A DNA stretch of 64,000 nucleotides from Sphingopyxis sp. GTDB taxonomy: Bacteria > Pseudomonadota > Alphaproteobacteria > Sphingomonadales > Sphingomonadaceae. How positions within the stretch are numbered: the first letter of the stretch is position 1; each line of letters begins with the position of its first letter. The stretch spans positions 1-64,000 of the forward strand of contig NZ_DASYHG010000009.1 in assembly GCF_035998905.1 (NCBI RefSeq), written 5' to 3'. The notes under the pieces were generated by a model. It did not search any database, had not been told where the DNA came from, and worked only from the letters and a program-made list of their open reading frames with translations. This document shows positions 29,550-37,858 of the stretch, in pieces. The translations under genes were made by a program, and so were the position numbers.

Positions 29550-30649
29550 ACCCCGTCGCGATCCTCGCGCTGCACCCGGCCTTCGACTTCGAGCCGCTTC
29601 AGATGCGCGAGCGCCTCGCCCGTCGCGAGCCCCTGATTATGTTCGCCGATCGGGCGGTTGAAGAGCAACGGGAAGCTGTCGACCGCGCGCATCGGCGCCT
29701 TCGCGGCGGCCTCGGCGAGATTGTAGAGCCGCATCCGGTGCTCGTCGCGCAGCGCCATCAGGCGCACATGCAGCCCCTTGAACGGCTCGCCATGCGCGGG
29801 ACAGGTGACGACGTCGGCGGGCACGGTGGCGAGCAGCTTGTCGATCGACGCGAGCCATTCGCCCAGCGGGTCGGCATCGGGTTCGGTGATGTTGACCGAG
29901 ACGTTCGAACTGATCCGCGGGAGCACCTGGTCGCCCGACACCAGCACGCCCTCTTTTTCGTTCCACAGGCACGCATGTTCGGGACTGTGTCCCGACCCGG
30001 TAACGACGCGCCACCGGTGCGGTCCCATGTCGAGCGTCTCGCCATCCTCGATCCGCACATAGGAGCGCGGCAGCGTGAAGATCATGCGCTGGAACATGTT
30101 CCAGCCGCGCGAGCGCTGGGCCTCGATCGCCGCCTCATCCCAGCCCGCGGCACGCGATTGGACGAGCACCTCGTCGGGCGCGCTATCGGCGGAATCGGCG
30201 ACAATCGCGCGCGCGGTCAGCATCTCGCCGCGCGTCATCCACAGCTTCACGTCCTGCTTCTTCGCGATCCAGCCCGCGAGGCCGATATGGTCAGGGTGAA
30301 GGTGGGTGCCGATCACGCGCGTGATGCGCCGGTCCTTCAGCGCGCCGGCATAGAGCGCCTTCCACGCGTCGGAACACATGGTGAGACAGATACCGGTATC
30401 GACGACCGCCACGCCGTCACCGTCGTCCAGAAGCCAGCTGTTGATATGGCCGAGCGACCCTGGCATCGGGATGCGCGCCCAGCTGATGCCGTTCGCGATG
30501 CGGATCGTCTCGCCCGGTCCCGGCGCCGCCTCGCCCCACGGATAGGTCAGCCCCGCATGGCTCGTCGCGGTAAAGCTGTCGTCCTGCGTCAACGAGGCGT
30601 CCGGCGAGCCGCTGGCCGCCGGAATATTGTCCTCGTCCGCCCCCGACAC
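29525..30649 (-). CDS. MBL-fold metallo-hydrolase
   Basis: 374 aa with the HxHxDH motif (GTHLHPDHIG) and downstream His/Asp ligands. Its start is 2 nt after the upstream DUF1013 gene stop. Confidence 0.7.
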   Translation of the reverse strand: MSGADEDNIPAASGSPDASLTQDDSFTATSHAGLTYPWGEAAPGPGETIRIANGISWARIPMPGSLGHINSWLLDDGDGVAVVDTGICLTMCSDAWKALYAGALKDRRITRVIGTHLHPDHIGLAGWIAKKQDVKLWMTRGEMLTARAIVADSADSAPDEVLVQSRAAGWDEAAIEAQRSRGWNMFQRMIFTLPRSYVRIEDGETLDMGPHRWRVVTGSGHSPEHACLWNEKEGVLVSGDQVLPRISSNVSVNITEPDADPLGEWLASIDKLLATVPADVVTCPAHGEPFKGLHVRLMALRDEHRMRLYNLAEAAAKAPMRAVDSFPLLFNRPIGEHNQGLATGEALAHLKRLEVEGRVQREDRDGVWWYHGVA

Positions 30650-30650
30650 G

Positions 30651-31313
30651 TCAGGCTTCGCCGTCGGCTTCGGCCTCTTCGGCGGCGCGCGCTTCAGCAG
30701 CCGCGGTGCGCTCGGCGCGCAGCTCTTCGAGCAACGCCTCGCGGTCGCCTTCGAAGCGGCTGTCCTCGGGCGCCTTGATACCAGCCTTCTTCGCCGCCTT
30801 GGCGACGAGCGCGTCGAGTTCGCGCTGCGAGCACAGGCCGAGCGTCACCGGATCCTTGGGCACGATGTTCGCGCTGTTCCAGTGGCTGCGGTCGCGGATC
30901 GCACCGATCGTGTTGCGCGTCGTGCCGATCAGCTTGCCGATCGCGCCGTCCGACACTTCGGGGTGGTTCTTGAGGATCCACGCGATGCCGTCGGGCTTGT
31001 CCTGGCGCTTGCTGACCGGGGTGTAGCGCGGGCCGCGGGTGCGGCGAATCGTGTCCTGCGCCTGCACGCTCATCTTGAGCTTGTAGTTCGGGTCCTTCTG
31101 GCCCTTTTCGATCTCTTCCATCGACAGTTCGTGCGCGCGGACGGGGTCGCGGCCGGTATATTTGGTCGCGGCGGTCTCGTCGGCGATCGCCTGCACTTCG
31201 AGGATGTGGATGCCGCAATATTCGGCGATCTGGGCAAAGGTCAGGCCGGTGTTGTCGACCAGCCAGGCGGCGGTCGCGTGCGGCATCAACGGGGTGGCGT
31301 CGGCAGTGGCCAT
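30651..31313 (-). CDS. DUF1013 family protein (TrcR-like cell-cycle transcriptional regulator family)
   Basis: Starts MATADATPLMPHATAAWLVDNTGLTFAQIAEYCGIH..., characteristic of alphaproteobacterial DUF1013, and ends in an acidic/Ala-rich tail. Start set at 31313, not the ORF-track 31370. Confidence 0.65.
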   Translation of the reverse strand: MATADATPLMPHATAAWLVDNTGLTFAQIAEYCGIHILEVQAIADETAATKYTGRDPVRAHELSMEEIEKGQKDPNYKLKMSVQAQDTIRRTRGPRYTPVSKRQDKPDGIAWILKNHPEVSDGAIGKLIGTTRNTIGAIRDRSHWNSANIVPKDPVTLGLCSQRELDALVAKAAKKAGIKAPEDSRFEGDREALLEELRAERTAAAEARAAEEAEADGEA

Positions 31314-31343
31314 GACGAAAGTCTCCAGGCAGAAATAATAAGG

Positions 31344-31368
31344 GCCGCCCCTCGCGGGGCGGCCGGAC
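31344..31368 (-). terminator. hairpin GGGCCGCCCC-TCGC-GGGGCGGCC downstream of the 31458..32129 gene
   Basis: Perfect GC-rich inverted repeat seen directly in the sequence. No clear U-tract. Confidence 0.35.
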
Positions 31369-31457
31369 ATTGGGAGCCGCTATATTCCGGATTTACGGCA
31401 GGGGCAAGCGTTACTCCCGGCAAACGGGGGACGATCTGCGACGCGGGCGATCGCGGC

Positions 31458-32129
31458 TCAGTTCGTAAGGGCCGCCTTGTCAGCAGCAACGGCAGTCGCT
31501 TCGTCGACGACCTCGCCGGCGAGCGGCTCGGGCGCCGCGTCGGCGGCTTCCCCCTGCCCTTCCTGCATCGTTGTTGCTTCCGGCGCCGTATCGGCAATGC
31601 CGGGCAATTGTTCGATGGCGCTGGCGTATCGCACCTCGACACGCATCGACTGCAAACCATTGTTCTTGAAGATATGTTCGTCGCAGGGCAGCATCGTACC
31701 GCGCCCCTTGGCGCCCATCGCAATCTGCTCGGTCCGGCCACCGGCGCGTGGGATTGCCCGCAATATCTCAAGATCGCCGCCTTGCGGATAGGGGTCGCGT
31801 ACCTGCCACGTGTAGGCCACATATTCGGGCCCCAGACAGCTGCCCGGAGGAAAGGTGGTCGAAGCCGAATAGAGGTTCCGCGCGTCCAGACTCAGCCGTG
31901 CACCGGGAGCGAGGTCGAGGAGCTTCGTGTCCTCACCCCACATTTCGGTCGCCGAATTGACCTCGATCGCCGGGGCATGCGGCACCGTCACGGGCGGCGG
32001 AGGTGGGCCAGCCCCCTCCCCGCTATCCTCGCCACCCCAGTTTCCGATCAGCGCGGCGCCGAGCGTGCCGATAAGGCCGATGACGGCAACGGTGATGGCA
32101 ATGGTCGTCGAATTGGATGAGTCCGACAT
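31458..32129 (-). CDS. hypothetical membrane-anchored protein with a proline-rich linker
   Basis: 223 aa. N-terminal TM anchor (TTIAITVAVIGLIGTLGAALIGNW), then a GEGAGPPPPPVTVP linker, a ~130-aa domain of unknown family, and an acidic tail. Confidence 0.45.
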   Translation of the reverse strand: MSDSSNSTTIAITVAVIGLIGTLGAALIGNWGGEDSGEGAGPPPPPVTVPHAPAIEVNSATEMWGEDTKLLDLAPGARLSLDARNLYSASTTFPPGSCLGPEYVAYTWQVRDPYPQGGDLEILRAIPRAGGRTEQIAMGAKGRGTMLPCDEHIFKNNGLQSMRVEVRYASAIEQLPGIADTAPEATTMQEGQGEAADAAPEPLAGEVVDEATAVAADKAALTN

Positions 32130-32183
32130 GGCGCTGCCCTCTCAACGCAGCTTTTACCGCCTTTTTGCGCCGCTGCCAACGTG

Positions 32184-32292
32184 CGACCTCGGTGCGCGGC
32201 TCGATCGACCAATCGAGCAGCCCCGCGATCAGCCGGATCTTGTAGCAATTGCCGCTGGCCGCATATTCGTGAAGGATCGGCCGGTCGGTCAT
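32184..32292 (-). pseudogene. glutathione S-transferase N-terminal remnant (about 36 codons)
   Basis: ATG at 32292-32290 with a strong GGGAGGGG RBS encodes MTDRPILHEYAASGNCYKIRLIAGLLDWSIEPRTEV, matching the first beta-alpha-beta of a GST thioredoxin-like domain. The frame then runs into the start of the next gene as Arg-rich nonsense. Confidence 0.3.
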
Positions 32293-32306
32293 GGGCCCCT
32301 CCCGTT

Positions 32307-32780
32307 TCAGCCCGCGCAGTCGCCGGGCCTCGCCGGTATCTGGATCAGGTTGACGAAGGACATCGCAACCTCGCCCCGCTGGTTGGTGACGGTCATCCGC
32401 ATCGTCAGCACCCCGCGATCGGGTTTGCTGTCGGACCGGCGGATATCGATGATTTCGCGCCGGATAGACAGCCGGTCGCCGGGGCGCACCGCGCTCCGCC
32501 ACTGAAGATCGTCGACCTTGAGACCGAGCAGCGGCGTGTCGCCGAACGGTGCCGCATCGACGAATTCGCGCATCACGACCGACGCGACATGCCAGCCGCT
32601 CGCGATCAGGCCGCCGAAGCGCCCCTTCGCTGCCGCTTCGGCATCGACGTGCATCGGCTGCGGGTCATATTCGCGCGCGAAGCGGACGATGTCCGCCTCG
32701 GTCATCTCGATCGGACCGCCGGTCCAGACCTGCCCGATTTCGAGGTCTTCGAGAAAAAGCGAACGACCAGCCATAACCAC
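32307..32780 (-). CDS. MaoC-like (R)-specific enoyl-CoA hydratase / hotdog-fold protein
   Basis: 157 aa with a hotdog-fold dehydratase signature (FAREYDPQPMHVDAEAAAKGRFGGLIASGWH). Confidence 0.7.
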   Translation of the reverse strand: MVMAGRSLFLEDLEIGQVWTGGPIEMTEADIVRFAREYDPQPMHVDAEAAAKGRFGGLIASGWHVASVVMREFVDAAPFGDTPLLGLKVDDLQWRSAVRPGDRLSIRREIIDIRRSDSKPDRGVLTMRMTVTNQRGEVAMSFVNLIQIPARPGDCAG

Positions 32781-32857
32781 CTTTCCGGAAACGAACGCCG
32801 CTGCGTTCGCCGTCGCCGGTGCTGGCCGCCGCCGCCTTTGTCAACCGCCGGGCGACC

Positions 32858-33838
32858 TCATCCCACCGTCAGCACGATCTTCCCGACATGCTCGCCCGCC
32901 TGCATCCGCGCGTGCGCCGCGCTCGCGTCGGCGAGGGGAAAGCTCTGGTCCATCGCGGGCTTCCACCCGCCCTCGCCCAGCCGCGGCCACAGCGTGCGGT
33001 GAATCTCGTCGGCGAGCAGCGCCTTGAACTCCGCGCTGCGCGCGCGGAGGGTCGAGCCGGTCAGCGTGAGGCGGCGGCGCATCACGTCGGCGATGTCGAT
33101 CTCGGTCTTCGCGCCGCGTTGGAAAGCGATGGTGACGTGGCGCCCGTCCTCGGCAAGACAGGCAAGGTTTCGCGGCAGATAATCGCCGCCGACCATGTCG
33201 AGCACGACGTCGACGCCCTTGCCGCCTGTGAAGGCCTTGACCGCCTCGACATAATCCGCCGACGAATAATCGACCGCGAGGTCGGCGCCGAGCGCAGTCG
33301 CGGCGGCGCATTTATCGGCGCTGCCGCACGTAACGATGATCTTGATGTCGAACAGCTTGCAAAGGCCGATCGCTGTCGTGCCGATGCCGCTGGTGCCGCC
33401 ATGGACCAGCACGGTCTCGCCGTCGCGCACATAGCCGCGCTCGAAGAGGTTATGCCACACGGTGAAGACGGTTTCGGGCAGCGCCGCCGCCTCTTCCATC
33501 GAAAAGCCCTTCGGCACCGGCAGGCAGCTTCCGGCCGGCGCGACGCAATATTCGGCATAGCCGCCGCCCGCGACGAGCGCGCACACCGCCTGCCCCAGAT
33601 GTTCGGGATCGCCCCCCGGACCGACCGCGACGATCGTCCCCGCAATCTCCAGCCCCGGCAGGTCCGAAGCGCCCGGCGGCGGCGGGTAGTAGCCCATGCG
33701 TTGCAGCACGTCGGGACGGTTCACCCCCGCGGCGGCGACGCGGATCAGCACCTCGTCCGGGCCGGGCTGCGGCACCGGTCGCTCGACGGGTTGCAGCACC
33801 TCGGGACCGCCCGGCGCATTGATGGCGACGGCGGTCAT
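32858..33838 (-). CDS. NADPH:quinone oxidoreductase (zinc-type alcohol dehydrogenase superfamily, Qor-like)
   Basis: Starts MTAVAINAPGGPEVLQPVERPVPQPGPDEVLIRVAAAGVNRPD, followed by the Rossmann GxxGxxG (VLVHGGTSGIGTTAI). Confidence 0.8.
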   Translation of the reverse strand: MTAVAINAPGGPEVLQPVERPVPQPGPDEVLIRVAAAGVNRPDVLQRMGYYPPPPGASDLPGLEIAGTIVAVGPGGDPEHLGQAVCALVAGGGYAEYCVAPAGSCLPVPKGFSMEEAAALPETVFTVWHNLFERGYVRDGETVLVHGGTSGIGTTAIGLCKLFDIKIIVTCGSADKCAAATALGADLAVDYSSADYVEAVKAFTGGKGVDVVLDMVGGDYLPRNLACLAEDGRHVTIAFQRGAKTEIDIADVMRRRLTLTGSTLRARSAEFKALLADEIHRTLWPRLGEGGWKPAMDQSFPLADASAAHARMQAGEHVGKIVLTVG

Positions 33839-33983
33839 GCTCGACGGCAAGCTGGTCACGCTAAATTCCCCCACTTTTCAAAAGGTCCCACATCCCTCGG
33901 GGCGCATTATTGACAGTCGGGCGGCGCGGGTCAACAGTCGCGCGCCTTTTCGGCCGAGGGACCAGCGAGAGAGAGGATGCGCC

Positions 33984-34181
33984 ATGGACGATGACGACCT
34001 TCCCCGCCGCCGCGACGACACGCTCGCCGCGCTGACCAGACAGCCGCTCGATCCGCTGTCGGTCGACGAACTCGACGAGCGCATCGCGGCGCTGGAAGGC
34101 GAGATTGCGCGCATCAAGGCGCACCGCAGCGCCGCAACGAGCCAGAAGGCCGCAGCCGAGGCGCTGTTCAGGAAGGGATGA
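33984..34181 (+). CDS. DUF1192 family small coiled-coil protein
   Basis: 65 aa: MDDDDLPRRRDDTLAALTRQPLDPLSVDELDERIAALEGEIARIKAHRSA..., the characteristic alphaproteobacterial DUF1192 pattern. Confidence 0.5.
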   Translation: MDDDDLPRRRDDTLAALTRQPLDPLSVDELDERIAALEGEIARIKAHRSAATSQKAAAEALFRKG

Positions 34182-34211
34182 ATTGCGCGCCAAGGTCGCC
34201 GACGCCCCCAT

Positions 34212-34246
34212 GAGGAAGCGCCGGCGCCTTCGCCCCCCTTTTTTGC
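34212..34246. terminator. candidate bidirectional terminator between the convergent DUF1192 and peroxidase genes
   Basis: GC-rich near-palindrome GAAGCGCCGGCGCCTTC followed by CCCCCCTTTTTTGC. Confidence 0.35.
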
Positions 34247-34248
34247 TC

Positions 34249-35733
34249 CTAGGCGACCTCGGCGTAACGGAGCAGGTCGATCATCCGGAAGTCATCGCCC
34301 TTCTTCGACGCATCGACCGTCGGCAGGAAAGGCTGCCACTCGGGATCCTGCGCGAGGTACGACCCCTTGTCGCCCTGCAGCAGGCCGAGGAACACCTCGG
34401 TCACGATCCGCGCCCCGACGGGTCCCAGCCGCTCGCCATTCTGCGTCACCTGCGCCTCGCGCAGGATATAGAACCACAGCGGCGTGCGGTCGTCGAAGCC
34501 GTGCGGCTTGAGGTCGGAAAGGTCGCCTTTCGACAATTCGGGCAACTTCATCGCGCGCGCGACGCGCTGCCCCGACGGCAGCGAAAAGGTCAGGTGGCGG
34601 AGCAGGTTGCGCTGCGCCAGCGACGCGGGGTTCGACTTGGGATCGGGGTTCGGCACGACCGACCCCGGCAGGCGGAACAGCGAGGTCGACAAGGTCGTGT
34701 CGATCTTCTTGTTCGGCTTCACATTGCCGTCGCTGAAATCGAAGAAGGTCGGCCAGTCGATGAAGCGCCGCGGCGCGCGGCAGCCGCCCGACAAATCGTC
34801 GGGATCGTTCGGGTCCGACGGCGTCGGGGTAAAGATCATCGCGAAGAAGGGATTGCCGCCGTTTCCGGTGAAATTGGCGCGGTATGACGGCCGCACCTGG
34901 CTGTGCCCGAAACGATAGGCGGCGACCGAAAATTCGACCGGGATATAGGGTTCGTTGTGCCAGCTGTAATATTTGCGGCCGTTCGTCAGCACATCGTCGA
35001 CCACCGCGTCGCCGCACGTCTTGCGCAGGAATTCGTGGACGATGATCCACTGGTAATGCCAGCGCACGATACGCTGCGCCTCGGCGAAAATCTCGTCCGA
35101 TCCGGTCAGCTTGATCTTCGTCTTCACATATTCGACGACCTCATTGTGGAACTTCAGGAAAGCGACCTGAAGCTGGCTGATGATGAGGTTCTCGTCATCG
35201 CGCGGGTCGCCGATCAGCGCAACTTTCTGGCTGTTGCGCGGCACGTCGAACTTGTTCGCGGTGCCGGTCGCCTCGAGCAGGAACTTGCCGCCCTTGCCGC
35301 CTCCGGTGTCATAGAGATGCGGACTGCCTCCGGGGCCCGCGCCATAGACATTGTCGAGGCCGAGGCTGGGGGTGCGGAAATTGGCGATCTGCTCAGGATC
35401 GACCTGCCGTTCGAGGCTCGAGGTCGGGTCGAAGGTCATGTCATGGTCGAGGAACTGGCCGAGAAAGGTGAATCCCGCGGTCAATGTCGGATTGTCGCTG
35501 TTCTTCGCCGACAGCGCCGGATTGGTGATCAGCTCGGCGGGGGTCTTGGTCAGATTGTCCTTGGCATCCATGATGCCCCCGGCCTTGCCGATCTCCATCA
35601 GCGCGGCGCGGACATCGGGGGTGTCGGCGGCAAAGGGCGGCAATTCGCCGAACATGCGGCCAAAGCGGCCGGCGTCGGAATATTTGGAGCGCGGCGGAAC
35701 GATGTCGCGCGGATATACGCCGTGACGAGGCAT
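34249..35733 (-). CDS. animal heme peroxidase (peroxidase-cyclooxygenase superfamily) family protein, cytoplasmic
   Basis: 494 aa with no signal peptide. Carries the distal-His motif LGQFLDHDM and the proximal RFGHSQV motif of the An_peroxidase family. Confidence 0.7.
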   Translation of the reverse strand: MPRHGVYPRDIVPPRSKYSDAGRFGRMFGELPPFAADTPDVRAALMEIGKAGGIMDAKDNLTKTPAELITNPALSAKNSDNPTLTAGFTFLGQFLDHDMTFDPTSSLERQVDPEQIANFRTPSLGLDNVYGAGPGGSPHLYDTGGGKGGKFLLEATGTANKFDVPRNSQKVALIGDPRDDENLIISQLQVAFLKFHNEVVEYVKTKIKLTGSDEIFAEAQRIVRWHYQWIIVHEFLRKTCGDAVVDDVLTNGRKYYSWHNEPYIPVEFSVAAYRFGHSQVRPSYRANFTGNGGNPFFAMIFTPTPSDPNDPDDLSGGCRAPRRFIDWPTFFDFSDGNVKPNKKIDTTLSTSLFRLPGSVVPNPDPKSNPASLAQRNLLRHLTFSLPSGQRVARAMKLPELSKGDLSDLKPHGFDDRTPLWFYILREAQVTQNGERLGPVGARIVTEVFLGLLQGDKGSYLAQDPEWQPFLPTVDASKKGDDFRMIDLLRYAEVA

Positions 35734-35805
35734 GGCAGTCTCTCCTGTCTATTATGGTCTGGGGTTGGGACGATCCACCCACCAAGGAGAGCTGGCATCC
35801 GCTGT

Positions 35806-35871
35806 TTTAGGTGCGAACCTGTGGGCAGGATTGCGCCGATCCGCGCACGGTCCCAAGATTTTAGGTGCCTA
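35806..35871. promoter_or_regulatory. two direct TTTTAGGTGC repeats 52 bp apart in the peroxidase promoter region
   Basis: Exact 10-mers at 35806-35815 and 35858-35867. The second lies inside the 12-bp palindrome TTAGGTGCCTAA. A small GC hairpin sits between them. Confidence 0.3.
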
Positions 35872-35919
35872 ATTCGCGATTAACTTGCCCGGCCGCCTCT
35901 AAATCGCGACGGGGCGCCC

Positions 35920-37428
35920 CTATTCGGCCTCGGTGCTGAGCCCGAGTTCGGGAATGCCGATCGAGCGGCGACCGCCGAAATCGGCGCGCACGACGATCAC
36001 GCCCTGCTTTTCCATATATTCGACGAGGCGACGGATGCGGCCCGGCGAGCGGCTGCCATAGGCGCGGCCGAGGATTTCATCGTCGGGGCAGGGTTCGCCG
36101 TCCATCGCGGCGCGCGCGATCTGCAGAAAGGGCGCGAACATGTCATGCGGCAGCCGGTCGGCGACGGCGAGCATCTCGCGCCAGCGCGGTTCGGAGGGAT
36201 CGAACACGCCGCCCTTGGCGAGCGCGAAACGGCGGCGGAAGGCGGCGAGGTCGAGCGGCACCTTCTTCAATTTCTGCATCCGGCAGCGCACCGAAAAATC
36301 CTGATAGAGGAAGGATTCGGGCTGGAAGGCGCAGTCGGGGTCGGAAAGCATTTCCTGCAGCGTCTCGATCACCACCGCGTCGCTCTGTTCGGCTTCCTCG
36401 ACCGCTTCGAGGATATCGAGCACCGGCGGCGCATCGGCATCCTCATGCAGCGGCTCGCTCGCGGCGATCCGCTCCAGCACTTCGCTCGCCGCGACCGGTT
36501 CGGGTTCGGGCGCAAAGAAGCGGGGTTGGGCCGGCGCTTCCAATTCGGTGAAGAGCATCGAACGCATATCCTCGCCCCCCGCCGACGGCAGCGGCATCAG
36601 CCCGTGCGTGCCCAGCCGCGTCGAGGTCTGCGTCGACCCGATGCGCACCGCGATCGGCCGCCGCGAGATTGCGGGGCCGAGCCCGAGGAAATGCCCGCGC
36701 TCCAAATCGCGGATCGTCTCGGCCTGCCGCCGCTCCATGCCGAGCAGGTCGGCGGCGCGCGCCATGTCGATATCGAGGAAGGTGCGCCCCATCAGGAAAT
36801 TGCTCGCCTCGGCGGCGACATTCTTCGCGAGCTTCGCGAGCCGCTGCGTCGCGATCGCGCCGGCGAGACCACGCTTGCGCCCGCGGCACATCAGGTTGGT
36901 CATCGCGCCAAGGCTCGCGCGGCGGACATTGTCGGCGACGTCGCCCGCGACGCTCGGCGCGAACATCTGCGCCTCGTCGACCACGACCAGCGCGGGAAAC
37001 CAATGCTCGCGCGGCGCATCGAACAGCGCGTTGAGGAACGCCGCAGCACAGGTCATCTGTGCCTCGATATCGAGCGATTCGAGGCTGAGGATGATCGACG
37101 CGCGATGCTCGCGAATGCGCGCGCCCATCGCCGCGATCTCGCGCTCGTTATAATCGCCGCCGTTGATCACGACATGACTATAGGCATCGGCGAGCGTGAC
37201 GAAATCGCCCTCGGGATCGATCACGATCTGCTGCACCAGTTCGGCACTCTCTTCGAGAATGCGGCGCAGAAGGTGCGACTTGCCCGACCCCGAATTGCCC
37301 TGCACGAGCAGGCGCGTCGCGAGCAGTTCCTGCACGTCGATGCGTACACCCTGCCCCGCGGTGTCGGTCCCGATGTCGATGCTGGTCTTCACGATGGCCG
37401 CCCTATCGGGGCGCTTGGCCAAAGACAA
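35920..37428 (-). CDS. HerA/YjgR-like P-loop ATPase (DUF853/DUF87 family), function unknown
   Basis: 502 aa with Walker A LVQGNSGSGKSH and Walker B ALVVVDEAQMF. The N-terminal ~300 aa read as a HerA/FtsK-like ATPase. The C-terminal ~200 aa have no assignable domain. Confidence 0.65.
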   Translation of the reverse strand: MSLAKRPDRAAIVKTSIDIGTDTAGQGVRIDVQELLATRLLVQGNSGSGKSHLLRRILEESAELVQQIVIDPEGDFVTLADAYSHVVINGGDYNEREIAAMGARIREHRASIILSLESLDIEAQMTCAAAFLNALFDAPREHWFPALVVVDEAQMFAPSVAGDVADNVRRASLGAMTNLMCRGRKRGLAGAIATQRLAKLAKNVAAEASNFLMGRTFLDIDMARAADLLGMERRQAETIRDLERGHFLGLGPAISRRPIAVRIGSTQTSTRLGTHGLMPLPSAGGEDMRSMLFTELEAPAQPRFFAPEPEPVAASEVLERIAASEPLHEDADAPPVLDILEAVEEAEQSDAVVIETLQEMLSDPDCAFQPESFLYQDFSVRCRMQKLKKVPLDLAAFRRRFALAKGGVFDPSEPRWREMLAVADRLPHDMFAPFLQIARAAMDGEPCPDDEILGRAYGSRSPGRIRRLVEYMEKQGVIVVRADFGGRRSIGIPELGLSTEAE

Positions 37429-37502
37429 CCGGGCGAGGTTTCGGATCGCCCGATTTCGCCACGCGATCTTGCCAAGCGGCGCGAACGCGCCAAAAGGGCG
37501 GC

Positions 37503-37763
37503 ATGGATTTCGACGACCAGCTCCGCCGCTATTTCGGCACCGCCGACATCGCGGCGATCCATCCAGAGGCGCACGCCGCGGGTACCGAACGCATGCGCGT
37601 CGACTTCGGCCTCGAAACCAACCCCGGCCGCCGCTTCGCGCTCTGGACGCTGATGTATATGCTCGGCGTCGCGCCCGATCTCGATGTCGCGTTCGAGGAC
37701 GAAGGGGAGCGCGATCTGGCGCGCGATTTCATGGATATGGTTGATCGGGCGGGCGAGAATTGA
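37503..37763 (+). CDS. hypothetical small protein (86 aa)
   Basis: MDFDDQLRRYFGTADIAAIHPEAHAAGTERMRVDFGLETNPGRRFALWTLMYMLGVAPDLDVAFEDEGERDL... Transcribed divergently from the HerA-like ATPase. No recognisable family. Confidence 0.4.
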   Translation: MDFDDQLRRYFGTADIAAIHPEAHAAGTERMRVDFGLETNPGRRFALWTLMYMLGVAPDLDVAFEDEGERDLARDFMDMVDRAGEN

Positions 37764-37858
37764 CGTCGGAACAGCCGGCCGCATTTGAACGATTTTATTG
37801 AACTATCATTCATTTTCAGATTGCCCCAAGGAAACGAGGTCTTTCCGGGGAGGGGTAG

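Noticed and set aside
32023-32502. 159-aa minus-strand ORF spanning the GST-like start
   Set aside because: Only residues 71-106 look protein-like (GST N-terminus). The rest is Arg-rich out-of-frame reading of flanking genes, so it is treated as a remnant rather than a gene.
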